Source: Bacteroidia bacterium
GTDB taxonomy: Bacteria > Bacteroidota > Bacteroidia > Palsa-965
Assembly (NCBI GenBank): GCA_044344795.1
Contig: JBIJCF010000008.1
Coordinates: 18,388 to 82,387, forward strand
Length of the DNA stretch: 64,000 nucleotides
Direction of reading: 5' to 3'
This document shows, piece after piece, positions 9,295 through 19,225 of the stretch (the first letter of the stretch is position 1; each line of letters opens with the position of its first letter). Below the pieces are notes generated by a model. That model worked only from the letters and a program-made list of their open reading frames with translations. It was not told the DNA's origin and searched no databases. The position numbers and the translations under genes are program-made.

Positions 9295-11073
9295 CTATAA
9301 ATTGTAGCGATCAGTGCTCAGCACATAATCTGCTACAACACGACGTACTTCTTTAATATTCACAGGCTCCACTTTTGTGAATCGGCGTAAGCCCATTTGC
9401 ATCATGCGCTGTTCATCACCTTCCGCAAAACTGTTCACTGCATCCTTACCGGATTTCAAAATACGATCGGCTGCGTCATAAATACGTGCACGCATGATCG
9501 CTAACTGCACCGCGCACGATTCTTCACCTTTCATGCTCACTAATTTTTCGACGCGCAACATTGTTGACTCCGCGGTGTAAGTTTCAATCGCCATATCAGC
9601 AATGTTCATCAATATTTCCTGCTCCTTGGCTAAAGTCATCATGAATTTCTGAACAGCTGCACCGGCAACCATCAATACGGCCTTCTTGAAGTTTTCTAAT
9701 GCTTTCTTTTCGGCTGCGAACAACGAAGTATCCGGTCCTCCAAAATCAGGAATGGACATTAATTCTCCGGCAACTTTCTGTGCAGGACCCATTAAATCCA
9801 ATTCACCTTTCATGGCTTTGCGCAACAACATATCTACCACGAGCATACGATTGATTTCGTTCGTACCTTCGAAAATGCGATTGATACGAGAGTCGCGATA
9901 CGCCCGTTCCATAGGAGCTTCAGCGCTATAACCCATTCCACCGTATATCTGCACTCCTTCGTCCACCACAAAATCCAACACCTCAGATCCGTGCACTTTT
10001 AGTATCGCAGCTTCTGCAGCAAACTGTTCTACGCCTTTCAATTTAGCTTTCGCTTCGTCCATTCCCACTTGCTGCAACGCTTTGATCGCATCATCAACAT
10101 TTTGTGTTGCACGATACAGCGCCGACTCAACAGCATAGGTGCGAATTGCCATCTCACCTATCTTTTGTTTGACAGCTCCATACTTTGCAATCGAGCGACC
10201 AAACTGCTGACGTTCATTGGCATATTTGGCGGCATGAGTAATCACACGTTTCGCGCCGCCCAATGCAGCGCCGGCCAATTTCAAACGACCTACATTTAAA
10301 ATATTTACTGCAATCTTAAATCCATTACCACGCTCAGAAAGTAAATTCTCAACAGGTACATGACAGTCATTAAAAAACACTTGACGGGTGGAACTTCCTT
10401 TTATGCCCATCTTATGTTCTTCCGGATTAAGAACAACTCCGCCAAATGACTTCTCAACAATGAAAGCACTAAGATTTTCATCTTCATCAATCTTCGCGAA
10501 TACGATGAACACTTCTGCAAAACCGCTATTCGTGATCCACATTTTCTGCCCGTTGATCACATAGTGTTTACCATCCGGAATCAATACGGCTTTTGTCTTT
10601 CCTGAGTTTGCATCACTTCCTGCACCCGGCTCGGTTAAGCAATAACACGCTTTCCATTCGCCGGTGATCATTTTAGGTAGATACTTCGCGCGTTGTTCCG
10701 CATTACCGTATAACTGAATGGGCAACATACCAATTCCGGTATGTGCAGCAATAGCAACAGCAAATGAATGTCCGCCACCCAAAATTTCCGTTGTGAGCAT
10801 GGAAGTTTTGAAATCCTTTCCAAAACCTCCATACTCCTCCGGTGTTGCTATTCCAAGCAATCCAAGCTCGGCGGCCTTATCCAACTTGTCCGCCATCAAT
10901 CCGTCTTCCATCGCGTCCAAACGATCCAACACGGGATCAATTTCCTGCTCGATAAAATCGCGACACGTCCGTGCAATCATCAACGTTTCTTCATCCCACT
11001 CTTCAGGGATAAAAATTTCACTTGCCGGAGTAGAGCGGATTAAGAACTCGCCGCCTTTGATTGGATTACTCAT
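9295..11073 (-). CDS. fadE: Acyl-CoA dehydrogenase (long FadE type)
   Basis: CLTEPGAGSDA, NGQKMWITN, KMGIKGSST, QIYGGMGY and RINRIFEGTNEI. Confidence 0.93.
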   Translation of the reverse strand: MSNPIKGGEFLIRSTPASEIFIPEEWDEETLMIARTCRDFIEQEIDPVLDRLDAMEDGLMADKLDKAAELGLLGIATPEEYGGFGKDFKTSMLTTEILGGGHSFAVAIAAHTGIGMLPIQLYGNAEQRAKYLPKMITGEWKACYCLTEPGAGSDANSGKTKAVLIPDGKHYVINGQKMWITNSGFAEVFIVFAKIDEDENLSAFIVEKSFGGVVLNPEEHKMGIKGSSTRQVFFNDCHVPVENLLSERGNGFKIAVNILNVGRLKLAGAALGGAKRVITHAAKYANERQQFGRSIAKYGAVKQKIGEMAIRTYAVESALYRATQNVDDAIKALQQVGMDEAKAKLKGVEQFAAEAAILKVHGSEVLDFVVDEGVQIYGGMGYSAEAPMERAYRDSRINRIFEGTNEINRMLVVDMLLRKAMKGELDLMGPAQKVAGELMSIPDFGGPDTSLFAAEKKALENFKKAVLMVAGAAVQKFMMTLAKEQEILMNIADMAIETYTAESTMLRVEKLVSMKGEESCAVQLAIMRARIYDAADRILKSGKDAVNSFAEGDEQRMMQMGLRRFTKVEPVNIKEVRRVVADYVLSTDRYNL

Positions 11074-11097
11074 AACTCAATGTTTTAAAATGTTTAG

Positions 11098-12453
11098 CTA
11101 CTGCTGTTGCTCGTCTTCGTACCAATTGATTTTACGCGACAACCACATGATTACTAACAACACTGCGAAAATTGAAATACTTCCAACCAGCAATGCATAA
11201 TCTTGCAACTGAATAATAACAAACATGAAGCCATACAACAACGTCATGATAGCTCCCATGAGCAATGTTGATTTTCGATTGTTGAATATCCACGACGAAT
11301 ACATCGTAATTGCACCTATCGTAGCAATCGCTGATACCCAATAACCCGCATTGAATCCGATGTGTTCTGACAAAGACAATAACAAGGTGTAAAACACACA
11401 TATTGCTAAACCAACCAACACATATTGGAACGGATGAATGCGCAACTTCTGTAAAATTTCAACAAAGAAGTAAACCATAAACGACAAGCCGATGATCAAT
11501 ATCGCATACTTCGATGCACGTGCCGATTTCAGGTAATGATCCACCGGAACTTTGAAGTCAATTCCAAAACGCGACTCATAGGTATTGAATGCATCATCGC
11601 TCCATACTTGAGGATAATTGCGATTCAAGTTCAACACTTTCCATTCTGCTTTAAATCCATCTTTAGAAATATCTGCAGGTTTGTTCGGAAGAAACGCTCC
11701 ACTAAAGCTTGGATCGCGATAAGAAGAATTCAATTGAACGATAGTAGTCTTACCTAATGGTCCAAAGTACAACTCCTTGCTACCATTCAATTTCATTTGA
11801 AACGAAAACTTCCATTCTGCGCCGGGCATTCGCTGCAAACTATCGGGTTCAACAGGAACACTTATACCGCCATTACTTCCGTAACTCAATCCTTCACCTT
11901 CAATACCCGGATTGAACACCAGATCTTTCCCGTTAAGATTGAGTTTCACTTGTTCTTTAATTCCGCGCATATCAGTTACGCCCACGCCCAAAAATGCTTT
12001 TTCCCATTCCAGCTTTTTCGGATCAACTTTTGTCAATGCATATTCAGGAATTTTGAAAGAACCGACTACAGCGAGATCACTTTCATACACCATGACTTCG
12101 TAAATACCACGATGACGCATATTCGGTGTAACGTTTCCTTTATAGCTCAATTCTTCAGGAAGAATCTTCAAATAAGACGTTACATTATTCTGTCCGTTCC
12201 ATACCTGATATGGAATGTACAATACAGGACCACGGACAGTTTGCTCACGACTCCATTTTTCGCTCACTTCCGAAATCGCATTTTCAGAAGTACGCTCGCG
12301 ATCATAAATCAGGAACTCCAGCAAAGCCCATGGAATAAGCAAAATAATTATAAGTAAAATGATCACCAACAATTTCATGGTGATGGATGGTTTCTTTTTA
12401 GGTGAAGGAACCTGAGGAACCGAAGGCATTTGAAAAGGAGGATTGTTTTCCAT
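11098..12453 (-). CDS. creD: Inner membrane protein CreD
   Basis: RHRGIYEV, PSFSGAFLP, KYAILII, IHPFQYVLVGLA, LLLSLSEHI and QDYALLVGS. Confidence 0.9.
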   Translation of the reverse strand: MENNPPFQMPSVPQVPSPKKKPSITMKLLVIILLIIILLIPWALLEFLIYDRERTSENAISEVSEKWSREQTVRGPVLYIPYQVWNGQNNVTSYLKILPEELSYKGNVTPNMRHRGIYEVMVYESDLAVVGSFKIPEYALTKVDPKKLEWEKAFLGVGVTDMRGIKEQVKLNLNGKDLVFNPGIEGEGLSYGSNGGISVPVEPDSLQRMPGAEWKFSFQMKLNGSKELYFGPLGKTTIVQLNSSYRDPSFSGAFLPNKPADISKDGFKAEWKVLNLNRNYPQVWSDDAFNTYESRFGIDFKVPVDHYLKSARASKYAILIIGLSFMVYFFVEILQKLRIHPFQYVLVGLAICVFYTLLLSLSEHIGFNAGYWVSAIATIGAITMYSSWIFNNRKSTLLMGAIMTLLYGFMFVIIQLQDYALLVGSISIFAVLLVIMWLSRKINWYEDEQQQ

Positions 12454-12528
12454 TGCGTTTTGTTTTGTTTTCGAGATTAACGAGTGTCGTTTAAATCTAT
12501 TGGCTCGTTAACAAATGTTGTGTTTTGC

Positions 12529-13704
12529 TTAATACACTTCAAAAATACCTGCCGCGCCTTGTCCTGTGCCCACACACATGGATACAATACCATATTTATT
12601 GTTTCTGCGTTTCATCTCATTAAATAACTGCACCGACAATTTTGCACCGGAACAACCCAATGGATGTCCTAATGCAATTGCGCCCCCATTCACATTCAAT
12701 ATTTCCTGCTTGAGTTCCAGCTTTCGCGCAACAGCTATACTCTGTGAAGCAAACGCTTCATTCAATTCTATCAGATCTATTTGATTTAACGACAAATTTG
12801 CCAAACGCAATGCTTTCGGAATTGCTTCTACCGGACCAATTCCCATAATACGAGGTGGAACACCGGCAACAGCATAACTTACCAAACGCGCAATGGGTTG
12901 TACGTTCAACTGTTTGAGCATTTTTTCGCTAACAACAACTACAAACGCAGCACCATCAGAAGTTTGTGATGAATTTCCTGCCGTAACTGTCCCGGCCACT
13001 GCAAAAACAGGCTTCAACTTTGCAAGTGCTTCTGCATTAGTATCAGCACGCGGACCTTCATCCAACGTTACAATTGTCTCTCGTTGTTTACGTTTACCTG
13101 CTTCATCCAGATACGTTTCACTTACGGTAATAGGTGCGATGCCACTTGTAAACAAACCTTCCTGTTGCGCGTGTAGTGCGCGTTGATGCGACCGTAACGC
13201 AAATGCATCCTGGTCTTCACGATTCACGTTAAACTCATTCGCAACTGCTTCGGCGGTTAAACCCATACCCCAATACCAATCGGGATGATTTAACGCGATA
13301 TCCGCATTGGGAATTACCCGCCAGCCGCCCATCGGAATTAAACTCATACTCTCTACTCCACCTGCAACAATACAATCCGCATGACCCGCATGAATTCTCG
13401 CTGCAGCCAATGCAATAGTTTCCAAGCCCGAGGAACAATAACGATTCACGGTCATTCCCGGAACTTTATCCGTGTCTAAAGCCAACAAGGAAATCAAACG
13501 GCCGACATTTAATCCTTGCTCCGCTTCCGGCATCGCGTTACCCACAATTACATCATCAATCTGCTCTTTATCTAATTGCGGAACCTGTGCCACAACCTGA
13601 CGAATAACTTGTGCTGCCAAATCATCCGGACGTAAAAAACGGAAAACACCTTTGGACGCTTTCCCAACCGGAGACCGAAGACCTGCTATGATATATGCGT
13701 TCAT
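12529..13704 (-). CDS. fadA: Acetyl-CoA C-acyltransferase (3-ketoacyl-CoA thiolase)
   Basis: [23 protein letters not shown] and MCVGTGQG. Confidence 0.95.
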   Translation of the reverse strand: MNAYIIAGLRSPVGKASKGVFRFLRPDDLAAQVIRQVVAQVPQLDKEQIDDVIVGNAMPEAEQGLNVGRLISLLALDTDKVPGMTVNRYCSSGLETIALAAARIHAGHADCIVAGGVESMSLIPMGGWRVIPNADIALNHPDWYWGMGLTAEAVANEFNVNREDQDAFALRSHQRALHAQQEGLFTSGIAPITVSETYLDEAGKRKQRETIVTLDEGPRADTNAEALAKLKPVFAVAGTVTAGNSSQTSDGAAFVVVVSEKMLKQLNVQPIARLVSYAVAGVPPRIMGIGPVEAIPKALRLANLSLNQIDLIELNEAFASQSIAVARKLELKQEILNVNGGAIALGHPLGCSGAKLSVQLFNEMKRRNNKYGIVSMCVGTGQGAAGIFEVY

Positions 13705-13753
13705 AATATCCTAATTATTGAAATTCAAAGCTACTTTATAACCGCGATTACTA

Positions 13754-16159
13754 TTAATTGCGCAACACTTTACCACCTTGTAAAATCGATTGCATACGTT
13801 CCAACGATTTCCGCTCGCCACACAGCGAAAGAAACGCTTCACGTTCCAGATCCAGCAGATATTTCTCGCTTACCAATGTTGGTTGTGACAAATCACCTCC
13901 ACAAAGCACCCAAGCCAACTTGCGTGAAATAAGAGAGTCATGTGCTGAAATAAACTTCCCGCTTTCCATTGAATTTGCGCCAACATAAGCAAGCCCCAAA
14001 GCTTGTTTACCCAGCACGCGAATATCCTTGCGCTGCAACGGCTGCACGTAACCGGCATCAGCTAATTCAATTGCTTTTTCCTTTGCACGCAACAACAATC
14101 GGTCGCGGGAATACACCACTTCATCCACGCCTTCACGCAAATACCCTAAATCAAATGCTTCATAAGCTGAAGTGGACACTTGCGCCTGCCCTATCGTTAA
14201 AAATCGTTTTCTGAATGCATTCAATTCTACATCACCTTCTGTTAACTCATCTGACAATCGCAGCGCAAATTCCTTGGTGCCACCTCCACCCGGAATTACA
14301 CCTACACCAAATTCAACAAGACCCATATAGGTTTCAGCATGAGCAACAACGGCATCTGCATGTAAACAAATTTCCGTGCCTCCGCCCAACGTCAAATTAT
14401 GCGGTGCAACAACAACCGGTATAGAGGAATATCGAATACGTGAAGTCGCTTGCTGGAAAGCATGCACTGCAAAATCCAATTCATCCCACTCCTGTTCTAC
14501 AGCGAACATGAACACCATTCCAAGATTTGCACCCGCTGAGAAATTCGCACCTTCGTTGGAAATTACTAACCCTCTGAATTCCTTTTCGGCTTTATCAATT
14601 GCACTGTTAATTCCTTGCAATACTTCACCGCCTATTGTGTTCATCTTTGTATGAAACTCCAAATTCAGGACTCCATCACCAATATCTGTTAATGTTGTTC
14701 CTGAATTCTTCCACACCGTCTTTGTTTCGCGAATATTTTTCAAGAGAATAAACTGCTCAGTTCCGGGAACTAAAACGTAATCGCGCTTATCAATATCATA
14801 AAAATATAATCCTTGTGCCGATCGTTTGTAGAACGAGGTGATTCCTTGCCTCAGCATTTCGTCTACCCATAAAGCAAGTTGAAGTCCTGCATGTTGTATT
14901 AACTCAACACCTTTCTGAATACCCACTGCATCCCACATTTCGAACGGACCGAGTTCCCAACCAAATCCCGCGTTCATAGCCTGATCAATCTTGTACAATT
15001 CATCACTGATTTCAGGAATACGATTAGCACAATACGCAAACAAGCCGGCAAAAGACTGACGATAAAATTCGCCTGCCTTATCTGTTCCATCAACCAACAC
15101 CTTCATACGTGCGGGAACTGAATCGATCACTTTAGTTTGCTCTAGTGTTACGAATTTCACTTTTTGCTGAGGACGATACTCTAATGTTTTCAGATCCAAA
15201 GCCAGAATTTCCGATTTGCCTTCAGCATTTTTCATCTTTTTGTAGAAGCCTTGTCCTGACTTATCGCCAAGCCATTTATTGGCATTCATCGTGGCCACGT
15301 ATTCCGGCAATTGAAACAAACCATGCGCTTCATCATTCGGACAAGCCTGATACAATCCATTCGCAACATGCACTAAAGTATCCAGCCCTACAACATCACA
15401 TGTTCGAAACGTTGCCGACTTTGGTCGACCCAGAACAGGTCCGGTAAGTTTGTCTACTTCTTCAACGGTAAGTCCCATCGTTTTCACTTGATGAAACAAG
15501 GACATGATACCATACACGCCAATACGATTCGCTATAAATGCAGGCGTGTCTTTACACAACACGGTTGTTTTGCCAAGGTGCAATTCTCCGAAATGCAAAA
15601 GAAAATCAATCACAGCAGGATCTGTATGCGAAGTAGGAATAATCTCCAACAAGCGCAGATAACGCGGAGGATTGAAAAAGTGCGTACCGCAAAAATGTTT
15701 TATAAAATCTTCGGGGCGTCCTTGCGTTAATAAATGCATTGGAATTCCCGAAGTATTAGAAGTGATGAGCGCCCCGGGCTTTCTATACTTTTCTACCTGC
15801 TCAAATATTTGTTGTTTGATATCGAGCCGCTCCACCACCACTTCAATAATCCAGTCGCAAGTCACGATGTCCTTCATGTTATCCGTGAAGTTGCCGGTAG
15901 TGATGCGTTGAGCAAATGACTTGCGATAAATTGGCGACGGATTCGATTTCAATGCAGCCTGCAACGCGTCATTCACAATGCGATTACGCACCTGAGTTGA
16001 CTCCAATGTGAGTCCCTTTTTTGCTTCGCTATCCGATAATTCCTTAGGCGCGATATCCAACAACAACACTTCAAATCCGGTGTGCGCAAAATGACAAGCA
16101 ATTCGGGAACCCATGACACCCGAACCCAATACTGCAATACGCTTTACGATTCTTTTCAT
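13754..16159 (-). CDS. fadN: 3-hydroxyacyl-CoA dehydrogenase / enoyl-CoA hydratase (FadN type)
   Basis: Rossmann GSGVMG, SNTSG and HFFNPPRY; C-terminal crotonase FSAGANL, GGGTE and GLVEFGVG. Confidence 0.93.
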   Translation of the reverse strand: MKRIVKRIAVLGSGVMGSRIACHFAHTGFEVLLLDIAPKELSDSEAKKGLTLESTQVRNRIVNDALQAALKSNPSPIYRKSFAQRITTGNFTDNMKDIVTCDWIIEVVVERLDIKQQIFEQVEKYRKPGALITSNTSGIPMHLLTQGRPEDFIKHFCGTHFFNPPRYLRLLEIIPTSHTDPAVIDFLLHFGELHLGKTTVLCKDTPAFIANRIGVYGIMSLFHQVKTMGLTVEEVDKLTGPVLGRPKSATFRTCDVVGLDTLVHVANGLYQACPNDEAHGLFQLPEYVATMNANKWLGDKSGQGFYKKMKNAEGKSEILALDLKTLEYRPQQKVKFVTLEQTKVIDSVPARMKVLVDGTDKAGEFYRQSFAGLFAYCANRIPEISDELYKIDQAMNAGFGWELGPFEMWDAVGIQKGVELIQHAGLQLALWVDEMLRQGITSFYKRSAQGLYFYDIDKRDYVLVPGTEQFILLKNIRETKTVWKNSGTTLTDIGDGVLNLEFHTKMNTIGGEVLQGINSAIDKAEKEFRGLVISNEGANFSAGANLGMVFMFAVEQEWDELDFAVHAFQQATSRIRYSSIPVVVAPHNLTLGGGTEICLHADAVVAHAETYMGLVEFGVGVIPGGGGTKEFALRLSDELTEGDVELNAFRKRFLTIGQAQVSTSAYEAFDLGYLREGVDEVVYSRDRLLLRAKEKAIELADAGYVQPLQRKDIRVLGKQALGLAYVGANSMESGKFISAHDSLISRKLAWVLCGGDLSQPTLVSEKYLLDLEREAFLSLCGERKSLERMQSILQGGKVLRN

Positions 16160-16608
16160 GACTCAATTTTTATGGCTTTGCGTTCCTCCGCTATCGTATT
16201 AATTTCTGCAATAACTTCATTAAACACCTGCAGCTTTTTAGAAGAAAGGCGTTTTGAAATCGCCTCATTAAATTCCTTTACAGCTTTACGAGAAATATCT
16301 CGTTTCAACTTCCCTTTAGGAGTTAAAGCGATCAACACCTTACGACCATCGCTTTTGTCTTTCTTGCGCTTGATCCAACCCTGCTCTTCCATAAAATTTA
16401 AAGTCCGAACAAGGCTCGTAGCCTCCATACCAATTGCGGGACCAATGCTCGTTGACGGAACACCTTCAGGCGTGTTAATTTGCAAGAGAATAAAGCCAAC
16501 GGTTGTGGACAACTGATGATCTTCGCCTTCCGCGTTGTACATACGAGAAATAGCGTGCCACGAATGCTTAATTCTTGCACAATAGGTTTCTTTCTTATCC
16601 GACATCAT
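16156..16608 (-). CDS. MarR family transcriptional regulator of the fad operon
   Basis: Winged HTH with SLVRTL..ME..GWI.R..D..DGR...IALT.KG; overlaps the fadN start by 4 nt. Confidence 0.9.
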   Translation of the reverse strand: MMSDKKETYCARIKHSWHAISRMYNAEGEDHQLSTTVGFILLQINTPEGVPSTSIGPAIGMEATSLVRTLNFMEEQGWIKRKKDKSDGRKVLIALTPKGKLKRDISRKAVKEFNEAISKRLSSKKLQVFNEVIAEINTIAEERKAIKIES

Positions 16609-16628
16609 ATCGGAAAGTTAGAAACTTT

Positions 16629-16646
16629 TATTATGCAAGCATAATA
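16629..16646. promoter_or_regulatory. Palindromic operator candidate for the MarR regulator
   Basis: TATTATGC-AA-GCATAATA with perfect 8-bp arms, next to a TAACTTTC -7-like box (minus strand, 16613-16620). Confidence 0.7.
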
Positions 16647-16667
16647 TTTAAGAAAATTTAATAGAAA

Positions 16668-18446
16668 TTATTCTCCCGCGTACATCTTTTCGATATCCGC
16701 AGCATGCTCGGCAAGAATAAACTTTCGCTTCAGACTTAACTTAGGAGTTAGGTGGCCGCCCTCAATTGAGAACAATTTCGGACGCAAAATGATTTGCTTG
16801 ATACGCTCATATTGCGCCAATTCCTTATTGATGATGTCCACTTCTTCCATAATGCGTTCAACCACCTTTGGATGTTTTACCAATTCCGCATCCGAAGAAG
16901 GAAGAACTATCTCGTGACGCTTAGCCCATTCGCGGACAAAAGCAAACGAAGGAACAACGATAGCTCCAGGGAATTTTTGATTTTCACCTACCACCATGGA
17001 CTGTTCAATGAAACGCGAACTGTTCATAGCATTTTCGATCATCTGTGGAGCAATGTATTTCCCTCCGGACGTTTTGAAAATTTCCTTTTTACGATCCGTA
17101 ATTTTTAAATACTTGCCTTCTTCCATGTGACCAATATCGCCGGTATGGAACCAACCTTCTTTATCAATCACTTCATCCGTCGCGTCTTGACGTTTATAGT
17201 AACCCAACATTAAGCTTGGCCCTTTCATCAGGATTTCGCCGTCTTCGGCAATTTTAACCTGCACATTACTGATTACCGGTCCTACAGTACCAAACCGCGT
17301 ATGTCCGGGTGTAAGCGTATTTACTGCAATTACCGGAGATGTTTCCGTTAAACCATAACCTTCCAAAACAGGAATATCGGCGGCCCAAAAGATTCTAGCC
17401 AAACGGGGATTCAGCGCCGCTCCTCCCGAAACCATAGCGCGAACATTGCCGCCCAAAGCTTCCTGCCACTTAATGAAAATCAATTTACGCGCAATTTTTA
17501 ATTGAAAATTATACCAGCCGCTTCTGTGGTCTTCCCGCACATCGTAACGCTCACCAAGTCCCAACGCCCAAAAAAATAACGCCTTCTTAATCGGGCTCAA
17601 TTCTGAAGCTTTAGTGATGATTTTATCGTACACCTTTTCCAACAATCGCGGCACGCAGGAGAACATGTGAGGTTTTACTTCTTTAATGTTCTCTCCTATT
17701 TTCTCTAAACTTTCCGCATAATAAATAGAGCTTCCTTTCATCACATACAGATAAGTCAGCATGCGCTCATAAATGTGATTTAAAGGCAGAAAACTTAATA
17801 CGATGCTGTTGCTATCTATTGGCGGTAAATCTTTTAATGCAGTAAAATTGCTCACCAAATTTTCATGCGACAACATCACACCTTTCGGAGTGCCCGTTGT
17901 ACCACTGGTGTATAATAATGTTACCAGATCATTTGCTTTAGTTTCGCGCTTTACGACTGCAATGCGTTCTTCCGCTGTATTACCAACTCCGCGCTCTACC
18001 AAACTCATCCAATGATCGACTCCAGTAACAGGCTCAATCGAATATAAATGCACCTGTTGTTTAGCGCCTTTTTGAACGGCACTCGCTTTATCAGCAAGAT
18101 CAGGCGAAGAATAAATGAGCACGCGTGCTTCGCAATCGTTAATGATGAATTGCAAATCGTTTTCGCTGATATTCGGATAAACCGGTACGAGAATGATACC
18201 ACTCAACTGACACGCGAAGTCGATAATATTCCACTCCGGACGATTGTTACTCATCAGCATCACCCGCTCACCGCGTTGAACACCCAAATTCGCAAAGCCT
18301 GATGCTAAATCAATCATGAGTTGTTCGCACTTCGCAAACGACCATTTCTCCCAATTACCGGCCACCTTTCCGGCATACATCACTTCTTTATTTGGAAATT
18401 CCTTCTTGTAATAATCGAGCAAATCAAAAATGCGTCGTACACTCAT
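16668..18446 (-). CDS. fadD: Long-chain fatty acid-CoA ligase
   Basis: YTSGTTGTPKG, EGYGLTETSP, GWFHTGDIG and DRKKEIFKTSGGKYIAP. Confidence 0.92.
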   Translation of the reverse strand: MSVRRIFDLLDYYKKEFPNKEVMYAGKVAGNWEKWSFAKCEQLMIDLASGFANLGVQRGERVMLMSNNRPEWNIIDFACQLSGIILVPVYPNISENDLQFIINDCEARVLIYSSPDLADKASAVQKGAKQQVHLYSIEPVTGVDHWMSLVERGVGNTAEERIAVVKRETKANDLVTLLYTSGTTGTPKGVMLSHENLVSNFTALKDLPPIDSNSIVLSFLPLNHIYERMLTYLYVMKGSSIYYAESLEKIGENIKEVKPHMFSCVPRLLEKVYDKIITKASELSPIKKALFFWALGLGERYDVREDHRSGWYNFQLKIARKLIFIKWQEALGGNVRAMVSGGAALNPRLARIFWAADIPVLEGYGLTETSPVIAVNTLTPGHTRFGTVGPVISNVQVKIAEDGEILMKGPSLMLGYYKRQDATDEVIDKEGWFHTGDIGHMEEGKYLKITDRKKEIFKTSGGKYIAPQMIENAMNSSRFIEQSMVVGENQKFPGAIVVPSFAFVREWAKRHEIVLPSSDAELVKHPKVVERIMEEVDIINKELAQYERIKQIILRPKLFSIEGGHLTPKLSLKRKFILAEHAADIEKMYAGE

Positions 18447-18487
18447 GTCAATTGTTTGTTGGGTTATACGTGTAAATATCGTGAAAG

Positions 18488-19225
18488 TTATTCGGGAACA
18501 GCTACTTCGAGCCCAATAAAAAGTCGGGGTAATTCGGGATAATTAATTGCAGGCTGCGAAGTATCCTTGATTAAATCGGAATAACGATAACGCGCCCAAA
18601 TGGCAATACCTTCCGAGCCGAAACGTGCATAGAATCCGTAATTCAAATCATTTAAATAATTCGGTTGACTCCAGCGTGTTTTGGAACGAATCATTTTACC
18701 TCGCGGATCATTAGCGCAAGCCAATTGGTCTACATACACATTCGCCGCCCAAAATGCCCATTATCCATAAACTCCAACATCAAAATAATTACCGCTGACA
18801 TTGCCTTTATTCGAATACACGAAACGATGACCTAACAAAAGACTTAGTGAGTTAGTGCTGATACGCTCTCTTTTATGCGAAACGGCATCAATAGGTAAAC
18901 CCTTCACCTGCTTTTGATTGATTACATAACGATCGTTGATGTAATACAATTCACTCAACAACGATTGGTGCCGCCACAATTTCCATTTAAATCGAAATCC
19001 ATAATGAAACTGCGTACTCCACCAATTCACCTTAGCACCTTGTTCGGCACGCGATGCAACCAGTCCATAACCCATGACTGTTTGGAAATAAAATTGTCGA
19101 TTAGGTCCAATATTAATCTTTCGCGCAACAGTATCCACGTCACGTTCCACAATCACTTGACCAATTGCTTCAGTGATTGTAAGAGACAGTACTACGATGA
19201 TCATACTACAAATCCATTTCCGCAT
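18488..19225 (-). pseudogene. Outer-membrane beta-barrel protein interrupted by a single in-frame TAA (18761-18763)
   Basis: ORFs 18761..19273 and 18488..18739 share a frame: ...YFDVGVYG*WAFWAANVYVDQ...ELPRLFIGLEV. Signal peptide MRKWICS...AIG-Q starts at 19225; alternating aromatic beta-strand pattern. Confidence 0.75.
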
